Positions 11,830-24,709 of a DNA stretch of 64,000 nt are shown here, piece after piece. A program made the position numbers and the translations under genes. Origin of the DNA: Mustelus asterias (Eukaryota); contig NC_135822.1 of NCBI RefSeq assembly GCF_964213995.1, forward strand, positions 52,948,001 through 53,012,000. Reading direction: 5' to 3'. Under the pieces are notes generated by a model, which did not search any database, had not been told where the DNA came from, and saw only the letters and a list, made by a program, of their open reading frames with translations. Every line of letters begins with the position of its first letter. Position 1 is the stretch's first letter.

Positions 11830-12960
11830 ACACATTTCTAGTTAGCACTGTTTCATCATTTATCGTTAGCATTGAATGTCCACACCGAGTTAGCGTTGAT
11901 TAACCATTCCTGGTTAGCATTGTTTAACCAGTCCTTGTTAGGATTGATTAACCATTGCTAGTTAGGATTGATTAACCATTGCTACTTAGGATTGATTAAT
12001 CATTCATGAACAACATTGCTCCACGATATCCCATTTTGAGTCATTAATGATCCCTTGTTAATATGAATTATGCATTATTAGTTAGCATTGTTTGACCAGT
12101 CCTCGTTAGCATCGCTGAACCATTCATGCTAGGATCTATTAACCATTGCTAATGATAGATTGATTAGCAATTCCTCGTAATTATTTGTTTATTTATAATA
12201 GTAACATGTCTTAACCATTGCTCGTTATCATTGATTATCCATACCTAATTAGCATTGTTTAACGATTGCTACTTAGGATTAATTAACTATTCCTCGATAA
12301 CATCGTTTACCCATCCCTTCTTATTATTGATTACTGATTTCCAAATTTGGATAGATTAGCCATTCCCAGTTAGCACGGGGAGCAGTTTTTACTTATTCTT
12401 GTTTAAAATTGATTCTCCCTAACATTTTAATATTTCCACACAATGCCAGTTAGGATCGATTAACCATTCCTTGACAGCATGATTTAACTATAACCAATTT
12501 TCATTCACTAAAGTCCCGTTTAGTCTCGATTAGCCATTATTAGTTAACAGTGATTAATCATTCATAGCTAGTATTGTTGACCATTCCTTGTTCGGACCGA
12601 TTAAACATTGGACAGATTGGAGAGACTAATAATGCCTAATTGGCACCGATTTACCAATACTCGTCGCATTTCTTAAATAGTTAGCATTGACTATCGCTAA
12701 ATAAGCAGCATTATTTAACGATTGCTACTTAGGACTGAATAATCATTCCTGAAACAACAAATATTTTTCATTTTCATTAATTAACCATTATCCGCTATTA
12801 GTTTGCACTGTTTAACTATTACTAGTTAGCATTGTTTAACTATTCCGAGTTAGTATTTTAGATTTTTTTTTAGGAATTAATTAACTGTTCCTCAACGTTA
12901 TTGAAAATAACTATTCTTAGCTGCTATTCAGTGATTCTGTGGAGTTAGCATTAAGAAACA
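11830..12960. repeat. Degenerate AT-rich tandem repeat (core ttagcattg[a/t]ttaaccatt)
   Basis: Recurring ttagcattgtttaacca / ttaggattgattaaccattg motifs at roughly 25-30 bp spacing. Confidence 0.7.
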
Positions 12961-13129
12961 TCACCAGTTGGCATTGGGGAGAGGGCATTGGTAGGGGCTT
13001 GTCCCCTCTGGTGTTAAGGGGGTTGGAGATTCCCCCGGAGATTTGGGAAAGGGGCTGGCAAGTGAGTGTGAATGTGTCGCCACGCCGTCACACATGACTA
13101 CTTACCGTAAAGTTCTCATCTGTTACTAG

Positions 13130-13231
13130 GTCCAAGATATGCTAAAGCACCATCTCCCCTGCAAGAAACTAGTGCCAACCGACTATCACAGTGAGGAAAA
13201 TGGTCAAGTTGGCCAGAAGAGACAGAAATGA
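13130..13231 (+). CDS. Candidate terminal exon F of D8C gene: VQDMLKHHLPCKKLVPTDYHSEENGQVGQKRQK*
   Basis: ttctcatctgttactag acceptor, phase 0 matches exon E, stop TGA 13229-13231; YLRQ|VQDMLKHHL reads as a continuous amphipathic helix. Confidence 0.45.
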   Translation, partial: VQDMLKHHLPCKKLVPTDYHSEENGQVGQKRQK

Positions 13232-14094
13232 ACCAACGAGATCAGGGGTGTCCCTGGGGAGGCAGGATTTACACCACTTTGAGGGCAATACGTGTGTGTG
13301 TGGCGTGTGTTTGGCGTGTGTGTGGTGTGTGTGCCTGAAAACCCCCAGTGAAACATGTTGGGTGGATTGGTCTTGGATGGCAGGTGAGGAGCTGGGGTCA
13401 GAGGGAGCGGTGACAGATCGGGTGTGAGGCAATGGAAATGAGGATGGTTTGGATGCAGATGAGATTATGGGATGAAGGAATGGGATGGGAAGAGCATGTC
13501 ACTGGTTCATGCCCAGTGGATGAGCTATAAGATTTCTACCTGGTGTGTTTACAATGAGGGTGTGAAAGTGTTTAAAATGTGAATATGGCTATCTTTTCCT
13601 AATGTTTATACAGGTTTTAAGTCGGGAATTTCTACCTGTTCACAAATGATACATTGAGAGAATTGTACAGGTGTTTTGGAAGAGTTTACAAAGAGGTCTT
13701 GAGGACTTTTTTTTTAAAGAAACATTGAAAAGGGGTTCGTGAATGTCATTGATGGCTTACAATTGGGATTAAATTGGGTTTTGTTTTGAATTTTGATATA
13801 TTCTGATTGAGTGTTTTAATGGTGGTCGAGGTCTTTGCAAATCTTTCAAATGCGTTTTTAGAATTGTGATATATTGGGGGGATAATGGCGCTTAAGGAGC
13901 CCGCTGAAGAGGCTGAAATGTATTTCAAATGTTTTTAATCAGTGATTTCGAAGTTATCTGTTCATATTTAGGATTCATAGCTGACTAAATCGGATTTAAA
14001 AGAATTTGGAATGGGTATGAGATGTTTCTAAGTAGTCGAAACATTGCTTGAGGGGTTTGGAGGCTTGTTTTCAAATATGTTTTTCAGATTTCTT

Positions 14095-14345
14095 TAATAA
14101 TGTCACAAGTCGGCTCACTGCATTGAAGTTACTATGAAAATGTCTAGTCGCCACACTCCAGCGGCTGTTCGGGTACACTGAGGAAGAATGTAGCACGGAC
14201 AATGCACGCATTTTGGAGCATCCAGAGTAAACCCAGGCTGACACTAGGCGAATGTGCAGACTGCACACAGACAGTGACCGAAGGCTGCGAATCGAACCTA
14301 GGTCACTGGTGCTGTGAGGAAGCAGTGCTAACTATTGTGCAACGC
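14095..14345 (-). mobile_element. V-SINE-type SINE
   Basis: Reverse complement of the family at 1-195 and 41778-42050. Confidence 0.65.
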
Positions 14346-16017
14346 CTTGCAAGGACAGGTTAAATAGGGCTTTGAATAGGTGTGTTGGCTATTTTCAGTG
14401 TGTTTGTAACTGAGGTAAACTGGAAGAAAACATGTGATACAGCATTTAGCCCAGGGAGGTGGTGGTTATGCTTTCAGATTTACTGTGCAGGCAGTGTGCC
14501 CGGGAAAACATATCACTCAAGGGATGAGAACCAAGTTAATGAGTCCTTCCCGCCAGGAATTTGTTGCGTTGATGGAGCTGATGGAATTTGGTTTGCACAA
14601 ACGCTTCCTCGGAAAGTCGATCGATGGGGTCACGTGATAATGTGACTAATGCGCAGAGCAGGGTCTGTAACAGAGGAAAAAACAGTTTTGGAGTTGCTGA
14701 CGTCAGAGGCATGTGCAGTCTGTTCCTGAAAACTCACTGCCCCTCGCCCCAAAATCTCTGAAGGCTTCAGGACTGTTAATCCAATGAATCGCAAGTATGC
14801 TTCCTTTCATTTTCAAATATTATTCAACAGTTAATGCTTAAGCTGCTTCATTTGTTCGAGCTTTACTTAAACTGTGATATTAATAAAGTTTGCTTTGCAT
14901 TAAAAGATCCGTAATGTGCCAGTGGAATTATTCCTGGGGTGGAACATCTTATTCTTGCATTGGTGCCAAATTTTCTGGCTTCCTTATGTAATTGGGAGTT
15001 CAGGTACACCATCCTAAAACAAGCACACTATTTTTTCGCAGCTATAGCGGGGAAGGGTGAAAATACAACAGTAGTCATATACATTAAATTAAATCTCTGC
15101 AGGATTGGCAGTATCCCTGGAGAGAGCAAGAGTCAATGGATCGAGTCTGTATGACTGCACTTCCATGGGTGGAGATCCACTTTCTAGACTGGGGGGAGTT
15201 TTTTGCTACTACAGGAGGTCTACCAGACCCATCAGTGGAGATGGGAGAGATCAGAGATCCACTGGGGTGGGCGGGGGGAGGGGGGGAGGTGGGGCGGAAC
15301 AGAATGATTCAGAAGATCCAGCACAGTAAGGTGTAGATACCAGGCACATTGAGTGAAGTGCTGATTGGATTAACTTAGCAGAGCGGCTTAGTGCATGAGA
15401 TGCACCAGTGTGTCAAATACAGTGCGGTGCAGATTCGGGCCTCGTCTCTGTTGGGAACTCAAGCTCCCTAGGAGCAGCCAGGGAATCGCAGGAGAAATGT
15501 CTGGAGGGTGGAGCCGACCATTTTCAGCAGCACCGGGTGAACATTATGCTGACTTCAGACTTTCAAAAGAGAGAGCGGCTCCTGATTGGTCCTTTATAAA
15601 TCAGTGCCCTAAAGCCGTTCATTTGCAGATTCAAAGGAGTAGAATCTGAGCTATGGTTTGGAAGGTAAGAATTTTTTTCACACTTACTAGAGGGTAGCAA
15701 GCGAGACTTAATATTGATACCAACCTGTACAAATCAGGAGACACAGTCATTTGCTCATTTGCAGGATGTTTCTCGCAAGCCCTGGAATTTGTCCTTGTCA
15801 TTTTGTCTGTAATAAGTGTCCTCTAATCGTCACTGATTAAATATTATGGGCATCGTGTTTATTTTTAATCTGGACTAATGCATCCTTATGGTCCCTTTGG
15901 ACTTGCTGGCTGGAGAATGATTGACAGGTCAGGTGAGGACTTGGGACTTTTGTTTTACCACAGTACAGTCCAAGTTTTTTGATTTGGTTCAGTTGCTGAC
16001 AGAAGACGGTGTAAGGA

Positions 16018-16050
<33 letters not shown>

Positions 16051-17197
16051 GATGCTTTTTGGAAGATTCCTGAACTGAGAAGCTTCAGAGTTTTATTCCA
16101 ACATTCAAAGGACCAATTCACACTAGGTGTTACAAAGCTGAATATCTAGCATCAAGTGAATAAACCTGCTTTTTGTGCCAAGTTTAGAAAGGGGTGTATG
16201 TCTGTGGAATGTCGTTTTACTTGGAACATCATAGATAGCTGGCTTTTAAGCTTTATACTGCATCATGTCTGAATCTTGTGATCGGTAAAAGTTATGCTCA
16301 TTCTTTTTATTATATTTTAACTGTGTTATTAAAAAAACAGTGTTTGATGAACGCTTCCCCGTGGGTCACTTGAATCATTTCTGGAGTGGAACACCTTATG
16401 CTCCCCCGTGGCGAATTCAATGTAAAAAAAAAGTGCAGGATTTTCCAGTCGCCCTCCCCTCAAGACCGGAAAGTCCCACCCGTGGAGAACTGGATAGGTG
16501 TCCTGCTCACTAAGATTCCCGTGGCGAGCAGGACATTCCGCCCTTACGGCCGAGGCTGACTTCAAGTAACACCTTGGAGTTCCTCGCTGAAGATTCTCTC
16601 GCATGAACGAGCGATGAAATCAACGACATGTCTGAATCTGGTCCTGCACCAACGTAGTTTTGTCAGCCACAAATCAGGCATCATCAAAGCTCAGCTGTTC
16701 CTGACTTGTTGACCCACTGATCCAGGGCTCTGCCCAATCTTCAATGCAGATGACATTCTAATATCCCTACAGAGTACTTTATATCGGCCATCTCTCCCTC
16801 TCTCTCTCTCTCCAGGATAATCGTGCTCGTTTTAGCAAATCATAGAAAGCTACAATTATCTGCGTCTCTTTCATACAAGGGTCACAACTTCCTGGCTGCT
16901 TACCCGAGTCCCCAAAGGCGGTGCCAGCGCTGTGAGAATCGGTGGGTTTCCCTTAATTGTTTCCTCCCCTGTCTCAGGTACACTTTGCTCGCAGTGGTGT
17001 CAGTCCCAATCACAAGAAGTGCCCCGCCACCCAACACTTTACTTTCCTGTGTGGATGGCAGCAATACGTATTATCCGAGGCACACAACGTTCATGCAGTG
17101 GTGTAATCTATGCAAATGCTTTCAGTGAAGACAAAGATAAGTATATGAGCAAAGCCAGGAAACAACACTGCTCTCCCCTTCGCTGGCCCTGCTTCTC

Positions 17198-18923
17198 TAC
17201 AGTACGAAGTCTCACAACACGAGGTTAAAGTCGAACAGATTTATTTGGTAGCATAAGCCACAAGCCTTCAGAGGGCTGCCCCTTCATCAGGTAATTCATC
17301 TGTTCACAAACAGGGCATAAACACAATTTACAAAATAATGGTTGGAATGCGAGTCCTTACAGGTAATCAAGTTTGAAAGGTACAGGCAATGTGAGTGGAG
17401 AGAGGGTTGAGCACAGATTAAAGAGATGTGTATTGTTTCCTGAAGATACACAAGGCCAACACACCCGGCAGTCCCATTGTATCAGGAAATGGGACCCTGT
17501 GCGAGAACCCCTCCGGCTACGTCGATGGCATCCTGAAACCCATTGTACAAAGAATCCCCACCTTTTGTCGTCATACGACGGACTTCCTACAGAAACTCAG
17601 CACACATAGAGCAGTTGAGCCAGGGGCACTCCTCGTCACAATGGATGTCTCGGCACTCTACACCAGCATCCCCCACGACGATGGCATTACTGCGACGCCG
17701 TCAACTGCCAATCACCAGATGCAATTTTACAACTCATCAGGTTCATCCTGGATCACAATGTCTTCACCTTCACCAACCAGTTCTTCATCCAGGCACAAGG
17801 AACAGCCATGGGGACCAAATTCGCACCTCAATATGCGAACATCTTCGTGCTCAGGTTCGAACAAGACCTCTTCACCGCACAGGACCTTCAACCGATGCTA
17901 TACACTAGATACATCAATGACATTTTCTTCCTTTGGACTTATGGTGAACAATCACTGAAACAACTGGACAGAGTACTCTTTGTCGGCCAGTAGTTCCCTG
18001 GAGCGGAGAAGCTACGACATATTCTCTGGAGCCTTCAACATGTCATCGATGAAGACGAACATCTCAACAAGGCCATCCCCACACCCTCACTTCTTACCTT
18101 CAAACAACCACACAACATCAAACAGACCATTATCCTCAGCAAACTACCCAGCCTTCAGGAGAACAGTGACGACGACACCGCACAACCGTGCCACAACAAC
18201 CTCTGCAAGATGTGTCGGATCGTGAGAACACCATCCACCAGGTACAAGGTACATACACTTGCAACTCGGCCAACGTTGTCTACCTGATACGCTGCAGGAA
18301 AGGATGTCCCGAGTTATCGTACATTGGGGAGACCATGCAGACCCTACGACAACGGATGAATGGACACCACTCAACAATCACCAGCCAGGAGTGTTCTCTT
18401 CCTGTCGGGGAACACTTCAGCGGTCACAGGCATTTGGCCTCTGATCTTCAGGTAAGCGTTCTCCAAGGCGGCCTTCATGACACACGACAATGCAGAGTCG
18501 CTGAACAGAGACTGATAGCCAAGTTCTGCACACATGAGGACGGTCTCAACAGGGATCGTGGGTTCATGTCACGCTACCTATAACCCCCACGACTTGCCTG
18601 GGCTTGCAAAATCTCACTAACTGTTCCAGCTGGCGACAATACACATCTCTTTAACCTGTGCTCAACCCTCTCTCCACTCACATTGTCTGTACCTTTAAGA
18701 CTTGATTACCTGTAAAGACTCGGATTCCAACCATTTTAGTGTAAATTGAGTTTGTGTCTTGATATGCCCTGTTTGTGAACAGAACTCCCACTCACCAGAT
18801 GAACTGGCAGCCCTCCGAAAGTTTTGTGGCTTGTTTGACCAAATAAATCTGTTGAACTTTAACCTGGTGTTGTAAGACTTCTTACTGTGCTTACCCCAGT
18901 CCAACGCCGGCATCTCCACATCA
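17198..18923 (+). mobile_element. Penelope-like retroelement (RT + GIY-YIG), 5'-truncated and frameshifted, with inverted pLTR fragment at 5' end
   Basis: VTMDVSALYTSIPH, MGTKFAPQYANIF, YTRYIND and VVYLIRC..YIGET motifs; ~17198-17435 is an inverted copy of ~18640-18890. Confidence 0.9.
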
Positions 18924-18952
18924 TGCCTGCTTATCTAATCAAGACCAATAGA

Positions 18953-19740
18953 CGACACGGTGGCACTGTGGTTAGCGCTGCCAGGGACCCGTTTTCGATT
19001 GTGGGTGAATGTCTCTTTGGAGTTGGCACGTTCTCTCCATGTCTGTGTGGGTTTCCGCTGGGTGCTCCTGTTTCCTCCCACAGACCCAAAGATGTTTGGT
19101 GACGTGGATTGGCCATGAGAGTTTGCTCCCTGCAGTTCCAATAACAAGTGGGTTAGTTGGATTGGCCATGCTAAATTGCCGCATAGTGTCCAATGTTGTA
19201 TCGATTAGGTGGATTGGCCATGGTAAATTATCCATTAGTGTTTCAAAGATGCGTCAGTTAGGTGGACTGTTGATGCTAAATTACAGGTTAGGTGAAATGG
19301 CCATGCTAATTTGCTCATAACTGCCCAAAGATGTGCAGATTAGGCGATTTGGCCATGCTAATTTGCCCCTTAATGTCTCAGCATGTACAGGTTTGTTGGA
19401 TTAGACGTATTAATTTGCCCCGTGGTATCCAAAAATGTGCAGATTAGGTTGATTGGCAATGGTGAATTACCCTTCAGTCCAAAGATGTGTAGGTCAAGTG
19501 GATTGGACATCCTAAATTGCAGCTTGGTGTCCAAAGGTGTGTAGGTTAAGTGGATTGACCATGTTAAATTTCCCCTTAATGTCCAAAGATGGGTCAATTA
19601 GATGGATCGGTCCTGGTAAATGAGTGGGTTTGCGTCATTCTGGGAGGCGTGGCTGGGTTTAGGTAAGGTGCACTTTTTGAGAGCCATTGCAGACTCGATG
19701 AGCCGAATGGCCTCCTTCTGCACTGTAAGGGTTCTGTGGA
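18953..19740 (+). mobile_element. V-SINE with internally tandem-amplified ~50-bp module
   Basis: tRNA-like head (cacggtggcactgtggttagc), V core, about ten repeats of the ccaaagatgtgcag..ggccatgctaaatt unit, LINE-like tail. Confidence 0.75.
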
Positions 19741-22700
19741 TTATAAAGTGTCATAACACTCTGTGTAAAGAATTTTCACTCCATGCCGGTCATAAATGAC
19801 ACCCACCTTCTTTTGAAATTATGTCTCCTGGTTCTGGATTCCCCAGCCACGGAAATCATGCAACCCTGCACCGACCCTGTCTATCCCTTTAAATATCAGT
19901 TTCGATGTGATCGCCTCTCATCCTTCACTCTTGGCTGATTTCGCCCTGGTCTCAAATCCACATCTCTACCCGTTCCCCATATCCCTTTATCCAGTTTTCT
20001 TTAAATTAGAAATGTATCTGTCTGGAGGGCTGCAGGGAAAAGCCTGGGAACTACAGGCCGGTGAGCCTCACATCTGTGGTGGGTAAATTGTTAGAAGGTA
20101 TTTTGAGAGATATACCAGGCAGAGAGTGTGATAGACACTAGTTACATGGGGGGTTGTCACACCACAGGTTCAGACAGGTAGATGGGTGACTGCCAGGAGA
20201 GGCAGGCAGGTAGTGCAGCAGTCCCCTGTGCCTCTTCCTCTTTCAAACAGGGATATCATTTTGGATACTGTTGTGTGGGACAGCCTGTCAGGGGGAGGTA
20301 CCAGCAGCAGCCAGGCCTGTGACACCACAGCTGGTTCTGTTGTGGGACAAGGTTGGGGAAAGAGCAAGCGAGCAGTAGTAATAGGGGCCTCGCTTGCGAG
20401 AGGCACAGACAGGGGTTTCTGTGGCCGCAATCGAGACTCCAGGATGGTGTGTTCCCTCCCTGGTTTGAGAGTCAATGGCGTCTCTGAGCGATTGCAGGAC
20501 ATTCTTAAGGGGGAGTTTGAGCAGCCAGAGGTCGTTGTACATATTGGTACCAACGACATAGGTAGGTCCTGAAGTGTGAATATGGAGAGTTAGGCAGAAG
20601 GCTAAAGTGCAGGACCTCGAAGGTAGTAACTTCAGGACTACTACCGCTGCCACGTGCTAGTGAGAATATGAATAGGAGGATTAGGGAAATGAATGCGTGG
20701 CTTGAGAGCTGGTGCAGGGCAAAGGGATTTAGATTTTTGGATAATTGGGATCTTTTCTGGGGAAGTGCTGACCTGTTCAAGAGGGACTGGTTACACGTGA
20801 ACTGGAGGGGGAAAAACATCCTGGCGGGGAGTTTTGCTCGAGGCACTCAGGAGGGTTTAAACTAGTTTGGCAGGGGGGTGGGATCCGAAGTAGAAGGGAG
20901 ACCGAAGAGAAGTTTGAGGACAGCACAGAAGTTAAAGAGAGTACATTAAGTAGTAAAGGCAGTGTCAGTAATCCAAGTACCAGACAGATTAGGCAAAAGC
21001 AGTACAGAGAGCAAGGGAAGTCCAGATTGAACTGCATTTATTTCAATGCAAGAGGCCTGACGGGCAAGGCAGATGAACTCAGGGCATGGATGGGTACGTG
21101 GGCTGGGATATTATATCAATTACTGAAACATGGCTAAGGAAGGGACAGGACTGGCAGCTCAATGTTTCAGGGTACCGATGCTATAGGAAAGATAGAACAG
21201 GAGGTAAGAGAGGAGGGGGAATTGCATTTTTGATTATGGAAAGCATCACGGCTGCACTGAGAGGGGATATATCTGAGGGTTCGGCCACTGAGTCTATAGG
21301 GGTAGAATTGAGCAATAAGAAGGGGGAAATCACTTTGATAAGTTTGGACAATAGGCCCCCAAATAGTCGGCGGGAAATTGAGGAGCAAATATGTAAGGCT
21401 ATTACAGATAGCTCCAAGAAAAATAGGGTGGTAAAAGTCGGACATTTGAACTTTCCCAACATTGACTGGGACAGCCATAGTATTAGAGGGTTGGATGGAG
21501 AGAAATGTGTTGAGTGTACTGAGGATGAATTTCTCATTCAGTGTGTGGATGGCCCGACACGGGAGGGGGAAAAACTTGACCTCCTCTTGGGAAATAAAGA
21601 AGGGCAGGTGACAGAAGTGTCAGTGAGGGATCAGTTTGGGACAAATAACCATAATTCTCTTGGTTTTAAGACAGCTATGGAGCATGATAGGTCTGACCCA
21701 AAAGTTAAAATTCAAAATTGGGGCAAGGCCAATTTTAATGCTATCAGGCAGGAACTTTCAAAAGTTAAATGGGGGAGTCTGTGGAAAGGCAAAGGGACAT
21801 CTGGGTAAGTGGCACGCTTTCAAAAGTGTGTTAACCAGGATTCAGGGAGAACACATTCCTCTGAGAATGAAGGGTAAGGCTGGCAGAAGTAGGGAACCCT
21901 GGATGACTCGGGATATTGAGGCCCTGGTCAAGGAGAAGAAAAAGGCGCATGACATGCATAGCAGCTGGGATCAAGTGAATCCCTTGAAGAGTATAGGGGA
22001 TGTAGGCGTAGAGTTAAGAGAGAAATCAGGAGGGCAAAAAAGGGACACGAGATTGCTTTGGCAGGTGAGGCAAAGGAGAATCCAAAGAGCTTCTACAAAT
22101 ACATAAAGGGCAAAAGAGTAGCAAGGGAGAGAGTAGGGCCTTTTAAGGATCAACAAGATCATCTATGTGCGGATCCACAAGAGATGGGTGAGATCCTAAG
22201 TGAATATTTCTCATCAGTCTTTACTGTTGAGAAAAGCATGGATGTTAGGGAACTTGGGGAAATAAATCGTGATGTCTTGAGGAGTGTACATATTACAGAG
22301 AAGGAGGTGCTGGAAGTCGTAAAGCTCACCAAGATAAATCCCTCGGACCTGATTAAGCTTATCCCAGGACATTGTGGGAGGCTAGGGAGGAAATTGCGGG
22401 TCCCCCAGCTGAGATATTTGAATAATCGATAGTCACGGGTGAGATGCTTGAAGATTGGAGAGTGGCAAATGTTGTGCCTTTGTTTAAAAAGGGCTGCAGG
22501 GAAAAGCTTGGGAACTACAGGCCAGTGAGCCTCACATCTGTGGTGGGAAAATTGTTGGAAGGTGTTTTGAGAGACAGGATCTACAGGCATTTAGAGACGC
22601 AAGTACTGATCAGGGACAGTCAGCATTGCTTTTTGAGTGGAAAATCATGACTCACAAATTTGATTGAGTTTTTTGAAGGGGTAACAAAGAAGGTAGATGA

Positions 22701-23297
22701 GGGCAGTGCAGTTGATGTTGTCTACATGGACTTTAGCAACGCCTTTGACAACGTACCGCATGGTAGATTGTTGCACAAGGTTAAATATGACGGGATCCAG
22801 GGTGAGGTATCTAAATGGATTCAAAATTGGCTTCTTGACAGAAGGTGGTTGCAGAGAATTGTTTTTCAAACTGGAGGTCTGTGACCAATGGTGTGCCTGA
22901 GGGATCAGTGATTGGTCCAATGTTAATTGTCATTTATATTAATGATTCGGATGATCATACAGGAGGCATGGTTAGCAAGTTTGCAGATGACACTAAGATT
23001 GGTGGCATAGCGGACAGTGAAGAAAGTTATTTCCAATTGCAACGGGTTCTTGATCAATTGAGCCAGTGGGCTGATGAATGGCAGATGGAGTTTAATTTTG
23101 ACAAATGAGAGGTAATGCATTTTGGTAGATTGAACCATTGCAGGACTTACTCAGTTAATGGTAGGGTGTTGGGGAGAGTTACAGAACAAGGAGATGTTGG
23201 GATACATGTTCATAGCTCCTTGAACGTGGAGTCACAGGTGGACAGAGTGGTGAAGAAGGCATTCGGCATGCTGGACTTCATTGGTCAGAACATTGAA

Positions 23298-24709
23298 GGA
23301 AGTCTCACAACACCAGGTTAAGTCCAACAGGTTTATTTGGTAGCAAATACCATAAGCTTTCGGAGCACTGCTCCGTCGTCAGATGGAGTGGAAATGTGCT
23401 CTCAACACATTCTGCTCTTGGACACACGCATCTCCATTAAGGACGGTCACCTCAGCACCTCACTGAACCGCAAGCCCACGGATAACCTCATGATGCTCCA
23501 CTTCTCCAGCTTCCACCCTAAACACGTAAAAAAAGCCATCCCCTACGGACAAGCCCTCCGAATACACAGGAACTGCTCGGATGAGGAGGATCGCAACACA
23601 CACCTCCAGACGCTGAAAGATGCCCGCATAAGAACAGGATATGGCACTCGACTCCTCGATCAACAGTTCCGACACGCCACAGCGAAAAACCGCACCGACC
23701 TCCTCAGAAGACAAACACGGGACACGGTGGACAGAGTACCCTTCGTCGTCCAGTACTTCCCCGGAGCGGAGAAGCTACGGCATCTCCTCCGGAGCCTTCA
23801 ACATGTCATTGATGGAGACGAACATCTCGCCAAGGCCATCCCCACACCCCCACTTCTTGCCTTCAAACAACCACGGAACCTCAAACAGACCATTGTCCGC
23901 AGCAAACTACCCAGCCTTCAGGAGAACAGTGACCACGACACCACACAACCCTGCCACAGCAACCTCTGCAAGATGTGCCGGATCATCGACACGGATGCCA
24001 TCATCTCATGCGAGAACACTATCTACCAGGTACACGGTACCTACTCTTGCAACTCGGCCAACGTTGTCTACCTGATACGCTGCAGGAAAGGATGTCCCGA
24101 GGCATGGTACATTGGGGAAACCATGCAGACGCTACGACAATGGATGAATGAACACCGCTCGACAATCACCAGGCAAGACTGTTCTCTTCCTGTGGGGGAG
24201 CACTTCAGCAGTCACGGGCATTCAGCCGTGGATCTTCAGGTAAGCGTTCTCCAAGGTGGCCTTCACGACACACGACAGTGCAGAGTCGCTGAGCAGAAAC
24301 TGATAGCCAAGTTCCGCACACATGAGGACGGCCTAAACCGGGATGTTGGATTTATGTCACATTATCAGTAACCCCCACAGCTTTCCCCCTGGTCTTGCAG
24401 AATCTCACTAGCTGTTCTGTCTGGAGACAATACATATCTCTTTAACCTGTGTTGAATGCTCCCTCCACCCACATTGTCTGTACCTTTAAGACCTGGCTGG
24501 CTGCAGAGATTCGCATTCTAATTAGTATTCTGTAACTTGATTTCTGTGTCTGTGCACTGTTTGAGAGCACATTTCCACTCCATCTGACGAAGGAGCAGTG
24601 CTCCGAATGCTTATGGTATTTGCTACCAAATAAACCTGTTGGACTTAACCTGGTGTTGTGAGACATCTTACTGTGTTTACCCCAGTCCAACGCCGGCATC
24701 TCCACATCA
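23298..24709 (+). mobile_element. Penelope-like retroelement (RT C-terminal part + GIY-YIG) nested in CR1, with target-site duplication
   Basis: ORF 23337..24371 (LLDTRISIKDGHLSTSLNRKPTD..SSFHPKH..VVYLIRC..WYIGET..GLN); inverted pLTR 23298-23405; flanking direct repeat tcagaacattgaa (23285-23297 / 24707-24719). Confidence 0.93.
23350..23386 (-). ncRNA. Minimal type I hammerhead ribozyme motif in the Penelope pLTR
   Basis: Minus strand CCAT-CTGACGA-c-GGAGCagtGCTCC-GAAA-GC-TT-ATGG: core, stem II, palindromic stem III and stem I present; plus-strand twin at 24580-24616 has GAAA>GAAT. Confidence 0.72.

Noticed and set aside
13500-16410. LTR-like or Gypsy-like remnants (similarly 53460-56350)
   Set aside because: Two short similar segments (~14880-14960 and ~16330-16405), but no paired LTR termini, primer-binding site or gag/pol motifs that I can support
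16816-17130. Exon-like segments after strong polypyrimidine tracts
   Set aside because: Translations resemble nothing I recognise and the implied intron is too short
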